A stretch of 64,000 bases of DNA, taken from positions 15,679-79,678 of the forward strand of contig CAYFSO010000002.1 of assembly GCA_964345775.1 (NCBI GenBank). The letters are read 5' to 3'. Positions within the stretch are counted from its first letter, which is position 1. The number at the start of each line of letters is the position of its first letter. Position numbers and translations under genes: made by a program. Shown here piece after piece: positions 1-12,433 of this stretch. Source of the stretch: an uncultured Leptospiraceae bacterium (lineage in GTDB: Bacteria > Spirochaetota > UBA4802 > UB4802). The notes under the pieces are model-generated. The model was not told where the DNA came from. It worked only from the letters and a program-made list of their open reading frames with translations, and ran no database searches.

Positions 1-133
1 CTTTTATTATGACACCCATCACGGGTCCCCCCTTTCACTCTTTTTGTTATTTAGTGTACCACACATAGCAAAAGTCAGCCATGATCTTTTGCGGTAACAT
101 TTCATTAACATCTATTCACAGCGTATACCCAGT

Positions 134-425
134 TTGTCCACATTAATTCACCTGTTTATGCACAGAAAAACGGGGTAATTCACAGGTTATCCCCAGGCTA
201 TTAAGAAAGTATAACTTTTTTATTCATGTCCCAAAATTCGATAATTAATTTGTTGCAAAAATGAGGGAGATGCACTATAGAAAGACAATGCGCGGGGATA
301 AAGGGACATAACAAAAAACCCTTTCTTTTGGATTACGTCATTTTTTTCCGAATCTACCATACAAAGCAGCAATACTAAACAAATATTGGATATTTATAAA
401 CAGAGTTATTAACAATTGTTGATAA
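134..425. promoter_or_regulatory. Cluster of DnaA-box-like 9-mers upstream of dnaA: TTGTCCACA 134-142, TTATCCCCA 187-195, TTATCAACA on the minus strand at 417-425. Likely dnaA autoregulation or part of oriC.
   Basis: Matches of 8/9 or better to the TTATCCACA consensus, read directly, in the noncoding leader before the dnaA start. Confidence 0.45.
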
Positions 426-432
426 CTTTCGG

Positions 433-1794
433 GTGATTTACATGATACAAACAGGCGAAGAAATATGGTCAAAGGTGCTTTCATCCGTGGAAGGTACCGT
501 GAACAGGCAGTCATTTAACATGTGGCTCAAGAATACTGAACCGGTATCCGTCACCGGTCATACCCTTACGATAAAGGTTCCCGATGACGTGGCAAAAAGG
601 CATATCGCCGATCATTACGCCACACTTATCAATAACGTTATTTATGACGTTACCGGTGAGAATATTGTCTGCGACTTCGTGACACAAAACGGGTTCACAG
701 AAAACATGCAGCCGGATGAACCACCTGCACCTATACCTGAGAAGTCCGAAACTGTAGCGGGTGACGAGCTTACGAACATGTTGAACTACCGCTACACGTT
801 CGAAAACTTCGTTGTGGGGCCCAACAACCAGCTGGCTCATGCCGCGGCCATGTCCGTTTCACGTGCGCCGGCCACCCAGTACAACCCGCTTTTTATTTAC
901 GGTGGTACCGGACTTGGAAAAACCCATCTCATGCAGGCAATCGGCCACCGCATCATGGACGAGCGTCCTTACCTGAACGTGCTCTACGTTCCAAGCGAAC
1001 AGTTCATCAACGAGTTTATTCAATCAATACGTGCAGGGACCCTCACAAGTTTCAAGATCAAGTACAGGAATGTGGATATCCTGTTGATAGATGATATCCA
1101 GTTCATTGAGAAGAAGGAGCAGACGCAGGAGGAATTCTTTCATACCTTCAATACCCTGCATAATAACAAGAAGCAGATCGTTATATCCAGTGACCGGCCG
1201 CCCAAGGACCTGTCCACCCTTGAGGAGCGGCTTCGCACACGTTTTGAGTGGGGGATGATCGCTGACATTGATCTTCCAAACCTTGAGACCCGTGAAGCCA
1301 TCCTGAGAAACAAGGCTGAGCGTGACAACATCGACATAAGCGACGAAGTACTCTACTATATCGCGCGTCGTATAAAATCAAGTATCCGTGCCCTTGAGGC
1401 TGCCCTGGTTCGATTGAACGCGGTGGCAACATTGTACAATGAACCCATCAGCATTTATTATGCCAAGGAACACCTGAAGGACCTCTTCGATGTTGATTCC
1501 GGAAAAAAGGTTACCACCTCGGACATTATGCTAAAGGTTTCCGAAAAATTTGATGTCTCCATTGAGGATATTATCTCAAAAAGCCGCCACAGCAGGATAG
1601 TACAGCCGCGGTTCGTTGCAATGTACCTTGCACGTAAACTCACAGAGCTTACCACCGTGGAAATAGGGAAAGAATTCGGGGACAGGGACCACTCCACGGT
1701 ACTCAATGCCATGAGCAATGTTGAAAAGATGATACGCGACAACGAAGAATTCAGGGAGATGATTGAAGACATAACTGCGGAAATACGCAGTTAA
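433..1794 (+). CDS. dnaA: Chromosomal replication initiator DnaA
   Basis: Walker A motif GGTGLGKTHL, AAA+ sensor motifs, C-terminal DNA-binding domain (VQPRFVAMYLARKLT...STVLNA), typical length of 453 aa. Confidence 0.97.
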   Translation: MIYMIQTGEEIWSKVLSSVEGTVNRQSFNMWLKNTEPVSVTGHTLTIKVPDDVAKRHIADHYATLINNVIYDVTGENIVCDFVTQNGFTENMQPDEPPAPIPEKSETVAGDELTNMLNYRYTFENFVVGPNNQLAHAAAMSVSRAPATQYNPLFIYGGTGLGKTHLMQAIGHRIMDERPYLNVLYVPSEQFINEFIQSIRAGTLTSFKIKYRNVDILLIDDIQFIEKKEQTQEEFFHTFNTLHNNKKQIVISSDRPPKDLSTLEERLRTRFEWGMIADIDLPNLETREAILRNKAERDNIDISDEVLYYIARRIKSSIRALEAALVRLNAVATLYNEPISIYYAKEHLKDLFDVDSGKKVTTSDIMLKVSEKFDVSIEDIISKSRHSRIVQPRFVAMYLARKLTELTTVEIGKEFGDRDHSTVLNAMSNVEKMIRDNEEFREMIEDITAEIRS

Positions 1795-2065
1795 TTTGGT
1801 GTGAATAACATGTGAAGAAGTTGTTACACAGCATGGAATGGAATGTGGACAATTGATGATAACTTTTCTTCTCGTTGCTGACTTCACTGTTTCATAATAT
1901 AAATCACAAACCTGTCCGTAACAATACATAATTTATTAACACGGATATTTCATATAAGTTTTGATTTTTTCAGTATTTACAGACTTATCAACATGTTAAC
2001 AGTCCCTACGACTACTACTGATACTTTTAATTTATTATGTTAATTAATAATAGCTGGAGCATACC
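1795..2065. promoter_or_regulatory. dnaA-dnaN intergenic region with DnaA boxes (TGTGGACAA 1844-1852, TTATCAACA 1985-1993) and a strongly AT-rich tract at about 1920-2060. Candidate oriC with DNA-unwinding element.
   Basis: DnaA box 9-mers plus an AT-rich block read directly. The dnaA-dnaN spacer is a common oriC location. Confidence 0.5.
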
Positions 2066-3190
2066 ATGAGAATAGAAGCCGACAAGGAAACCCTGATAAA
2101 AGGAGTCAGCATTTCTGATTCCGTTGTTTCATCAAAAAACGTTAATACCATCCTGTCTAATTGTCTTTTCTCGGTTTCGAAGGACATCATGGAGATTACA
2201 GGTACTGATAACGAGATTGCAATAACTACGCGGGTTGATGTTGTTGCTGACGGCGAAAGCACTTTTGCATTGAACGGCAAGAGGCTGGTTAGCCTGCTTA
2301 AAGAATTTCCTGAAGGTTCTGTTGTTCTGGACGTGAACGAGAAACACAGCGTAAACCTTACTTCAAAATCAGGTGCCATCAGGGGTGAATACGTTATAGT
2401 CGGAACAGGTGGAGAGGATTTTCCAGAGTTGCCACAGTTTGACAAGTCAAACCTCATCGAGGTGGACCAGTCCATCATACAGGAGATGATCAAGAAAACA
2501 CTTCATGCTGCGGCCCATGACATAGTAAAACCCGTTTTCAATGGCCTGTACTTTGTATCTGCAGCTGAAAACAAACTTACGACGGTAGCGACTGATTCAC
2601 GCAGGCTTGCCCTCATTGACAGGAATATAAACAACGACATAACCATAGACAACGGTGTGGTCATACCCCTGAAAACCATACATGAGCTGCTGCGTCTCCT
2701 GGGACAGAAGGATACCTGCTTAATGTCTTTTGATAAAAAGCAGTGTTATTTCAGGATAGGTGAAACAGAGATAATATCACGAATAGTTGAAGGGCAGTTT
2801 CCAGATTATACACAGGTTATTCCCAAGGATTACATACTGAAGGCGGTAGTTGAAACTAAAAAAATAAGGGAATCACTGAGCAGGGTCAGGGTATTTACCC
2901 GGGAACCTGCCTGGAAAATTCTGTTCACCTTCAATGGAGACGTTTTGACTATCGAGGCAAATTCCCCAGACCTTGGTGAAGGGAAAGAGGAAGTGCAGGT
3001 GGAAAGTGATTCAAGCGAAGAGATAACCGTGGGTCTGAACGCCCAGTTCGTGATGGATGCATTGAGGGACATCGATGCGTACTCCATAACCATTGGTGTG
3101 ACCGGCGTGATGAGTCCGTTGACCCTTGTTCCAGAAGGTGATGATGATTACCTGGCAGTGATCATGCCCATACAGGTAAAGTCATCCTGA
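2066..3190 (+). CDS. dnaN: DNA polymerase III beta sliding clamp
   Basis: 374 aa, three-domain beta-clamp architecture, canonical position after dnaA. Confidence 0.95.
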   Translation: MRIEADKETLIKGVSISDSVVSSKNVNTILSNCLFSVSKDIMEITGTDNEIAITTRVDVVADGESTFALNGKRLVSLLKEFPEGSVVLDVNEKHSVNLTSKSGAIRGEYVIVGTGGEDFPELPQFDKSNLIEVDQSIIQEMIKKTLHAAAHDIVKPVFNGLYFVSAAENKLTTVATDSRRLALIDRNINNDITIDNGVVIPLKTIHELLRLLGQKDTCLMSFDKKQCYFRIGETEIISRIVEGQFPDYTQVIPKDYILKAVVETKKIRESLSRVRVFTREPAWKILFTFNGDVLTIEANSPDLGEGKEEVQVESDSSEEITVGLNAQFVMDALRDIDAYSITIGVTGVMSPLTLVPEGDDDYLAVIMPIQVKSS

Positions 3191-3198
3191 AAGGAGGT

Positions 3199-4323
3199 AT
3201 GAGAACAAGTGATCATATGCATGTGTCCACGCTTACATTAAAAAATTTCAGGAACTATGATCAGCTTGTCCTTGATTTTTGTCCCGGCCATAACTTTATT
3301 ACAGGACCGAACGGTACGGGGAAAACCAATATAATCGAGGCACTTGCAGTACTGTCACAGGTTAGATCATTCAGGAACGTACCTGACAACCAGATAATCC
3401 AGTGGGGCCAGGAACAGTATTACTGCAGTGCTGCCATTGAAGGCACACCGTACCACCGTTTTGAAGTTGGATGCGCGAAATATGGTGAAAGTGTAAAAAA
3501 AAAAGCTAAAATAGATGGTAAGGAAGTAAAAAAGATATCCGATTATTTCGGGAAGTTCGTGACCATAGTCTTTTCACCGGGTGATACCGTGCTGGTATAT
3601 GGATCTCCGGATGTACGCAGGCGTTTTTATGATGGTGTGATTTCAAAGACGGATGCGGTATATATTGACCATTTGCAGGAATTTAGAAGAATACTTAAAA
3701 ACAGGAATTCACTGCTGAAAGATATACGTGATGGAAGCAGGGATCCCCGGCAGCTTGATATATGGGATCATATGCTGGCTGAAAAATCCTCTGTCATTAT
3801 GACCAGGAGAAACTCTGCCGCTGAAAGGGCATTGCCGCTTTTTCAAAAAGCCTATGCGTCAATTTCCGGGTACGAGAAAATACCAGTGATACGGTATCGC
3901 CCCTCAATCGAGGGAGTTGATACCGAAGATATTATGAGGGTGTTCAGGAAAAACAGGAAAAGGGATATTCTGTCGGGAACCACTACCGCGGGACCCCAGA
4001 GAGATGATTTTATAATTGAGAACGAAGAAAGAAGGGAGTTTGAATATTTCGCGTCTGAAGGACAGGTACGAATGGCTTCAATTTCACTGAAGGTTGCCGA
4101 GATGCAGATGGTTGAAGAGGGATCAGGCCAGAAAGCAGTACTCCTTGTTGACGATATTATGTCACAACTGGACCAGCAACGGAGACATAATGTTGTTGCT
4201 TTTTTTCAGGGAGGGAATCAAATTCTGTTTACAATGGTAGATGCAACACGTGTAGAGGGATATGGAGGGCAGGAACGTATATTCGTAGTTGATGAACAGG
4301 GAAGGGTGGAAAACAGGAAATGA
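3199..4323 (+). CDS. recF: DNA replication and repair protein RecF
   Basis: N-terminal Walker A motif GPNGTGKTN, SMC-like ABC ATPase with C-terminal signature/D-loop (LLVDDIMSQLD), synteny after dnaN. Confidence 0.95.
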   Translation: MRTSDHMHVSTLTLKNFRNYDQLVLDFCPGHNFITGPNGTGKTNIIEALAVLSQVRSFRNVPDNQIIQWGQEQYYCSAAIEGTPYHRFEVGCAKYGESVKKKAKIDGKEVKKISDYFGKFVTIVFSPGDTVLVYGSPDVRRRFYDGVISKTDAVYIDHLQEFRRILKNRNSLLKDIRDGSRDPRQLDIWDHMLAEKSSVIMTRRNSAAERALPLFQKAYASISGYEKIPVIRYRPSIEGVDTEDIMRVFRKNRKRDILSGTTTAGPQRDDFIIENEERREFEYFASEGQVRMASISLKVAEMQMVEEGSGQKAVLLVDDIMSQLDQQRRHNVVAFFQGGNQILFTMVDATRVEGYGGQERIFVVDEQGRVENRK

Positions 4324-4682
4324 GATTCAGGCTTGGCGAAAAAAGAGAGTATAGAGCGGTTTCCTTCAAGTCACTGCTTCCATCTGTTATTCATGATTTT
4401 GATCTTGACGATGAATACATACTCGGGCAGGTACAGGTCATCTGGCCCGAGGTTGTTGGAGAGATAATTGCAACCCATTCTTTTCCAAAAAAGATATTGA
4501 ATGGGATACTGTACATAAGTGTTGATCATCCGGTGTATGCTAACGAGATAGGAATGATACAGAACAGTATACTTGAGTCTATACGGGAAACACATAGGCT
4601 GGTAATGATAAAGAGTATACGGACAGATATTGAAAAGAATAATGTCAGATCAAGACCTGTGAAAGGATATAAAAAGGGGTAG
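4320..4682 (+). CDS. DUF721 protein (DciA-like predicted helicase loader)
   Basis: 120 aa. The start overlaps the recF stop (ATGA). Conserved DUF721 pattern (W.E.VG..IA.HS.P..L.NG.L.I.V....) and typical location between recF and gyrB. Confidence 0.7.
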   Translation: MRFRLGEKREYRAVSFKSLLPSVIHDFDLDDEYILGQVQVIWPEVVGEIIATHSFPKKILNGILYISVDHPVYANEIGMIQNSILESIRETHRLVMIKSIRTDIEKNNVRSRPVKGYKKG

Positions 4683-4684
4683 AC

Positions 4685-6824
<2,140 letters not shown>

Positions 6825-6867
6825 TATGGGTAATATAATAAAATAATCATGTTGGAGTATAAGAGTC

Positions 6868-9351
6868 GTGGCTGAAAAAGGTAAAGGAAAGAACACTAAG
6901 AAGAACAATGAACAGGGCGATCTTTTTCAAAAGGTGGTCAATGTTGAAATAGAAGACTCCATGAAACGCTCGTACCTGGACTATGCCATGAGCGTTATCG
7001 CCGGCAGGGCCCTCCCGGATGTTCGTGACGGTTTGAAACCGGTGCACCGGCGCATACTTCATGCCATGAACGAAAGGGCATGGAGAAGTGACCGACCTTA
7101 TGTGAAATCTGCAAAGATCGTTGGCGAGGTGATAGGTAATTTTCATCCACATGGTGATGCCGCGGTGTATGACACCATCGTCAGGCTTGCCCAAAATTTT
7201 TCCATGAGGCATCCACTTGTTGACGGGCAGGGAAACTTCGGCTCGATTGACGGTGATCCTGCAGCGGCATACAGGTATACCGAGGCAAAATTAACCCCTA
7301 TTGCGCAGGAAATGCTGAAGGATATTGAAAAGGAAACCGTTGACTTCCTTCCAAACTTCGACGAGACAAGACAGGAGCCCATTGTTCTTCCTGCAGCGTT
7401 CCCCAACCTGCTTGTAAACGGTTCTTCCGGTATCGCGGTGGGTATGGCTACCAACATTCCTCCCCATAATCTTGGCGAGATCATTGATGGCACGGTAACA
7501 CTCATAGAGAACCCGGATATAACCGTGAAGCAGTTGATGAAGATAATAAAGGGACCTGATTTTCCAACAGGTGCCATTATTATGGGAACTGACGGTATAT
7601 ACAAGTATTACGCCAAAGGTAAAGGAAGCGTGATCGTAAGGGCCCGACTTGACATGGAAGAAGGGAAGCGTAACAAGGAGTACATCGTGGTTACTGAGCT
7701 TCCCTACCAGGTGAACAAGGCAGCCCTCATCGCCCGTATAGCCGACCTTGTGAACAACAAGGTAATAGAAGGCATAAACGAGTTACGTGATGAATCGGAC
7801 AGGACAGGACTCAGGATCGTGATAGGTCTCAAAAAGGATGCCAACAGCAGTATAATTATCAACCAGCTTTACAAGCATACACAGCTGCAGTCAACCTTCG
7901 GTGTCAACATGATGGCCCTGGTAAACGGGGAGCCGAAAATGCTGAACCTGAAGGAGGTGCTCTCGCATTATATCCTTCACAGGAAAACAGTGGTTGTCCG
8001 AAGAACCCAGTACGAGCTGCGCAAGGCTGAAGAACGGGCACATATTCTTGAAGGCCTGAAGATCGCTTTGGATAATATTGACGAGGTGATCAAGATCATA
8101 CGGGCATCCAAGACCGTCGACGAGGCTTCGAAAAACCTTATAAAGAGATTCGAGTTTTCAGAAGTGCAGGCAAAGGCCATCCTTGACATGCGACTGCAGC
8201 GCCTTACCAGCCTTGAAGTGCAGAAGGTTGTTGATGAGCTGAAACAGCTGAAAAAGCTTATCGCCGAGTTGAAGGCTATTTTGAAAAGTGACAAGAAAAT
8301 ACTGAACATAATAAAGGAAGAACTTTTAGAGGTAAAGAACAAGTACAGCAACGACAGGATAACAGAGATCATGGCAGGTGGGGACGCATCCACAAGCTTT
8401 GATGTTGAAGACCTCATCGCGGAAGAAGACATGGTTATAACCATATCTAATGACGGGTTTATTCGCAGGCTTCCCGTTGATACCTTTAAGAAGCAGCGGC
8501 GTGGCGGCAAGGGTGTTACCGGGGCGGCACTGAAGCGGGAGGATTTCATATCAAAGATGACCATCGCGTCCACCCACGATACCCTTTTCCTCTTCTCCAA
8601 CAAGGGTAAGATCTTCGGTATGAAAATATACGAAATTCCTGTTGCCACCAAGACAAGCCGGGGCAAATCCCTCAAGGGCATGATCAACCTGTCCAACCAG
8701 GAGAATATCACCGCCATCTGTGCCGTACCGGAATTCAGCGAGGAGGATTTTCTCTGCATGGTGACCAGCCACGGCATTATGAAGAAAACATCAGTACAGG
8801 ACTTTGCCAATGCCAAGAAGGGCGGTATCATTGCCGTGAACCTGAAAAAGGACGATGAACTGGTAGACGTGAAGTTCGTGCATAAGAACGATGACGTGGT
8901 CATAGCTACCCGGAACGGCCTGTTGCTTCGAACCAACATTTCGAAGATGCGGGCCATGGGAAGAAATTCTGCCGGTATTATCGGCATGCGTCTTGATAAA
9001 GATGATGCCATAATCGGCCTGGACGTGGTGAAGCAAAGGGCAGACCTTTTCATGGTAACAGAAAGGGGCTTTGGCAAAAAGGTGAGCTACAAGAACTTTG
9101 CGACAAGGGGCCGTGGCGGCAAAGGGATGACGTACTTCAAGAAGGGAGACAAGAACGGAAACGCCGTTGGCATACACTCAGTGTTCCCTGAAGACGAGAT
9201 AATTATCGCTTCCAGGAAGGGCATGACAATACGTCTACTGGGAAAAGACATTTCCACTCAGGGAAGAACCACCATGGGTGTCACCCTGCTGAACATAGAC
9301 AAGGATGACGCGGTAATGGACTTCGCGGTCATCTTCGAAGAAAAAGAATAA
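6868..9351 (+). CDS. gyrA: DNA gyrase subunit A
   Basis: Conserved SYLDYAMSVI and AAMRYTE active-site tyrosine region, C-terminal beta-pinwheel repeats, 827 aa. GTG start with a Lys-rich N-terminal extension. Confidence 0.97.
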   Translation: MAEKGKGKNTKKNNEQGDLFQKVVNVEIEDSMKRSYLDYAMSVIAGRALPDVRDGLKPVHRRILHAMNERAWRSDRPYVKSAKIVGEVIGNFHPHGDAAVYDTIVRLAQNFSMRHPLVDGQGNFGSIDGDPAAAYRYTEAKLTPIAQEMLKDIEKETVDFLPNFDETRQEPIVLPAAFPNLLVNGSSGIAVGMATNIPPHNLGEIIDGTVTLIENPDITVKQLMKIIKGPDFPTGAIIMGTDGIYKYYAKGKGSVIVRARLDMEEGKRNKEYIVVTELPYQVNKAALIARIADLVNNKVIEGINELRDESDRTGLRIVIGLKKDANSSIIINQLYKHTQLQSTFGVNMMALVNGEPKMLNLKEVLSHYILHRKTVVVRRTQYELRKAEERAHILEGLKIALDNIDEVIKIIRASKTVDEASKNLIKRFEFSEVQAKAILDMRLQRLTSLEVQKVVDELKQLKKLIAELKAILKSDKKILNIIKEELLEVKNKYSNDRITEIMAGGDASTSFDVEDLIAEEDMVITISNDGFIRRLPVDTFKKQRRGGKGVTGAALKREDFISKMTIASTHDTLFLFSNKGKIFGMKIYEIPVATKTSRGKSLKGMINLSNQENITAICAVPEFSEEDFLCMVTSHGIMKKTSVQDFANAKKGGIIAVNLKKDDELVDVKFVHKNDDVVIATRNGLLLRTNISKMRAMGRNSAGIIGMRLDKDDAIIGLDVVKQRADLFMVTERGFGKKVSYKNFATRGRGGKGMTYFKKGDKNGNAVGIHSVFPEDEIIIASRKGMTIRLLGKDISTQGRTTMGVTLLNIDKDDAVMDFAVIFEEKE

Positions 9352-9371
9352 GGACGTGTTTTATTTAAGGC

Positions 9372-10193
9372 CTACTCCTGGACCATGTAGCTGGTCCTGT
9401 ACCGTTTCATGTCCTGTATATCGTTCAGCATGGATATGGCACGTACTTTTGACGGGATGGGGCCTATTCGTACCCTGTAGAAGGTTTTACCGTTCACCCT
9501 TGCCCTGTCAACGAAGGCGTCAAACCTAAGACTTTTGAGGCGTCCCACCTCTTTGCTGGCTTTTGAACTTGTATCGAAAGAAGCAACCTGGATCACGTAC
9601 TGCCCCTTGGGCACAACCGTATGACTGGGTTGTTTATGTTTTGAAGACACTTCCACTACTTTCTTTTTGCCTGTATCGGGTTTTGATTTTTTTGTACGTG
9701 CAACCCTGCTGGATTTTTTCTTCGGTTCAGATTTCTTCGCCTTTTCAATTTTCTTTGGTGGTGCAACCTTCTCTATCACCTCGCGGTTAAGCACGTCCTC
9801 GGTTTCATCCGTTCCGGTTTTGGAGTCGGCAATGTCTTTGCCGCTTTTCAATGTATCCTTACCTGCCGTGTCTTTCTCGCTTTCCGGCATCAGGAGATTT
9901 TCCTTGTCCTGGTCCAAAATAAGAGGATTGCTGGAAGAATCAAGCAGGGAAGATTCTCCCTCCAACGGGTTAATGGAACCGTCACCAAGTCCCGGCGGAA
10001 GCAGGGTGTCTTCCTGCGAGGCCATGCGTGACGATCCGTTGTCGTCGGTAAAGTGCATGCCTATCAGGAAGGTAACGATCATTATGCCTATTACTACCGA
10101 GCAGATTATAATGATACGGGGAGTATCAAGGTGAAGGAGATATACGCTTTTCTCCTTTACCGGTTTTTGTGTTCCCTGTTCAAAATGTTCCAT
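9372..10193 (-). CDS. SPOR-domain cell-division protein (FtsN/DedD-like)
   Basis: N-terminal TM helix, long low-complexity Lys/Glu/Pro linker, C-terminal SPOR fold (VIQVASF...FYRVRIGP). Confidence 0.7.
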   Translation of the reverse strand: MEHFEQGTQKPVKEKSVYLLHLDTPRIIIICSVVIGIMIVTFLIGMHFTDDNGSSRMASQEDTLLPPGLGDGSINPLEGESSLLDSSSNPLILDQDKENLLMPESEKDTAGKDTLKSGKDIADSKTGTDETEDVLNREVIEKVAPPKKIEKAKKSEPKKKSSRVARTKKSKPDTGKKKVVEVSSKHKQPSHTVVPKGQYVIQVASFDTSSKASKEVGRLKSLRFDAFVDRARVNGKTFYRVRIGPIPSKVRAISMLNDIQDMKRYRTSYMVQE

Positions 10194-10753
10194 ATCTCTT
10201 CAACCTGTTTCCTGGTATTATCAAGTGAACCCGAGTTATCAATAACATAATCGGCAAGTTTTTTCTTTTCATTGAGAGAAATTTGATATTTCAGTCTTTC
10301 CTGTATTTCCTCGCGGGATATGCCGTCACGTTTTACTCCCCTGTCAAGAACCTGCTCCGTGTCAGCCAGAACCACGATATTCTTATCCATGAACCTGTCG
10401 AATCCGCTTTCGAACAAAAGGGGTGTGTTTATCATGAATATCTTTCCGGGATTGGCAGCCACGGTGTCCATCGCGCTTTTCAAGATCAGCGGGTGGGTAA
10501 TACTGTTCAGGGTTTCCACCTTCGAATCATCCTTGAAAACCACGTTTGCAAGGTAACGCCGGTTAAGCTCGCCTAGTTCGTTGACTATATCATCACCAAA
10601 TACGTCAACAAGCCTGGAAAGCCCCTCTGAACCCGGTGCAACCACCTGGCGGGCAACAATATCCGTGTCGATCACCACTGCACCCAGTTCTTCAAAGATG
10701 TCACACACTGTTCCTTTTCCTGATGCAAAAATACCGGTTATCCCAACTTTCAT
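10157..10753 (-). CDS. coaE: Dephospho-CoA kinase
   Basis: P-loop VGITGIFASGKGTV at the N-terminus and CoaE-like length. The start is set at the internal MKVGITG rather than the longer ORF. Confidence 0.8.
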   Translation of the reverse strand: MKVGITGIFASGKGTVCDIFEELGAVVIDTDIVARQVVAPGSEGLSRLVDVFGDDIVNELGELNRRYLANVVFKDDSKVETLNSITHPLILKSAMDTVAANPGKIFMINTPLLFESGFDRFMDKNIVVLADTEQVLDRGVKRDGISREEIQERLKYQISLNEKKKLADYVIDNSGSLDNTRKQVEEIWNILNREHKNR

Positions 10754-10775
10754 TGTATTCTCCTGTAATGTGTAA

Positions 10776-12311
10776 TTACCCTGTAAGACGGATATAATAT
10801 TCTGTGGCCTTTTGTAACAAGCGCTCATCGGGATGGTGTAACGAAGCCTCAATAATGCGTGCGCGTATTTCCCGGTTCCCCAGTACTTCCTTTATATGAT
10901 CCAGGGAGATATATTTTTGCAGGGGAGAAATATCGGAAATAATGTTTTCCATCATGGCTTTCTTGTTAAGAGAAAGATGAACACGCTCATGCAAAAAATC
11001 TTCAACCCTCATGTCAAGAACACCAGGTAAAGGCAGCCCCTTACCGGAGGCATGGTATATGGTACCGGGCACTTCGCTCATAAGGGAAGAGATGGTATCA
11101 CGGTACTGTAAAAAGGATCTTCTGGTATACAGTCCCTTCTCCCGCAATCCGCCGGATGACTTCATTATATAGTTCATGTTCATCGTCTGAACCGTGGATA
11201 TCCTGTTGCATCGGGTTCTGTATGTATGCTGGTACTGGCTGTCAGACGCGTAAACAGAAAAACCGGGGAAGGACGAATCAAGTCCTGTGACAAGAATGGG
11301 CGAAAAGCCAGCAAGGGCTGCAAAGCGAACGGCGTCTCCTGCAACCGTCCCGGTTTTACTGTCCACCGAACCCGTGAGGCCGGGATAGAGTTCATCCACG
11401 GCCTGCGCAAGGGGATGTGTATTCAGTGACAGGAACGTAGAAGGAAAGCGCATCGTTTCAGGATGTGCGGTGATACTGCAGATGTGCCATGTGTGATCAT
11501 TATGCCATGTAAAGGTATGCGCATTCACCTGTGATTGCGGATCGATGGAAACACAGAAATCGGGAACAATGCCGTGTGCCCTGCATACCTGAAGCGCTGA
11601 ATCAACGGCAATGATGAAAATGCTCTCATGTATGGAACGTAACTGGTTAATGTAGAGGTCAAGGGAAGGCCCCGGGATGAGAATAACCGCTGAACTTCCT
11701 GAGAATGCCGAAACGGTCTCCCGTACAGGAAAAAGCCCCGGGATGGTGTTGAGGTTGTGCAAACCGTTTTTCAGGTATTTCCAGCCCAGGGATGCCCTGG
11801 TAACCAGGCTTGAAGACTGTTGTGCAACATGCTGCCGAAGAAGCCCCCGTATTCTTCCATAGTAGGACGGGAAGGCCCGTAAAGATGCGGGGTGCTCATA
11901 TACCTGGAAACCCCTGGCAGAATCGAGGTCAAGAAGACCTGAAAGCAGGTGCATTACCTTCTCAGGCGTTTCTCCACACACAAGCCGAGAGGCCGGGTTT
12001 TCAAGCAGACCGGGAAAAGCAAAGTGTTTTCGCATGTCATCAGCGGCTGGAAGTTTCTCAACCAGTATTACCATGCTGTAGATACCTATTGACCTGGCAA
12101 CGGTTTCCAGGTGATGTCCCAGGCCGGTTCCAAGCACTACCAGTATGTCATATTTATCAGGGTGTATATCCCTGGCTGCAACGGCTGCCTCCCGTGCGGG
12201 ATTATAACGGCTGTGCAGGTATACCCTTGATCCTGATTCATCAACTGTTGAGAGGGTATAATCACCGTGTTTTGTTGTTTCTATGGTATATGTTGGAGAA
12301 GTCTTATCCAT
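10776..12311 (-). CDS. DUF115 family protein (MptE-like / motility-accessory-factor-like)
   Basis: 511 aa with Rossmann-like cores (ILVVLGTGLGHHLE, AVILIPGPSLD). Overall resemblance to the DUF115/Maf family. Assignment by pattern only. Confidence 0.5.
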   Translation of the reverse strand: MDKTSPTYTIETTKHGDYTLSTVDESGSRVYLHSRYNPAREAAVAARDIHPDKYDILVVLGTGLGHHLETVARSIGIYSMVILVEKLPAADDMRKHFAFPGLLENPASRLVCGETPEKVMHLLSGLLDLDSARGFQVYEHPASLRAFPSYYGRIRGLLRQHVAQQSSSLVTRASLGWKYLKNGLHNLNTIPGLFPVRETVSAFSGSSAVILIPGPSLDLYINQLRSIHESIFIIAVDSALQVCRAHGIVPDFCVSIDPQSQVNAHTFTWHNDHTWHICSITAHPETMRFPSTFLSLNTHPLAQAVDELYPGLTGSVDSKTGTVAGDAVRFAALAGFSPILVTGLDSSFPGFSVYASDSQYQHTYRTRCNRISTVQTMNMNYIMKSSGGLREKGLYTRRSFLQYRDTISSLMSEVPGTIYHASGKGLPLPGVLDMRVEDFLHERVHLSLNKKAMMENIISDISPLQKYISLDHIKEVLGNREIRARIIEASLHHPDERLLQKATEYYIRLTG

Positions 12312-12433
12312 TGCTTCAGGTTACCGGGTAATAAACTATTGCGCTTTTCACGGTTCCGTGCATAATGGTTCTCACGGTATACGATACTGTCATCGACAAT
12401 TACGGCAGCAAACTTCTGAAAAAAAAATATGCT

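Noticed and set aside
3495-3504. A10 homopolymer in recF as a phase-variation site
   Set aside because: It encodes a Lys run in a conserved housekeeping gene. It is shorter than the 12-mer at 14129 and has no functional rationale, so more likely incidental.
7977-9077. 366-aa ORF antisense to gyrA
   Set aside because: Entirely inside the strongly supported gyrA CDS on the opposite strand. Low-complexity Ser/Leu-rich translation typical of an antisense artefact.
9667-10134. 155-aa ORF antisense to the SPOR-domain gene
   Set aside because: Low-complexity translation of the repetitive Lys/Glu linker-coding region on the wrong strand.
11810-12331. 173-aa ORF antisense to the DUF115 gene
   Set aside because: Embedded in the opposite strand of a longer, better-supported CDS. 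No motifs.
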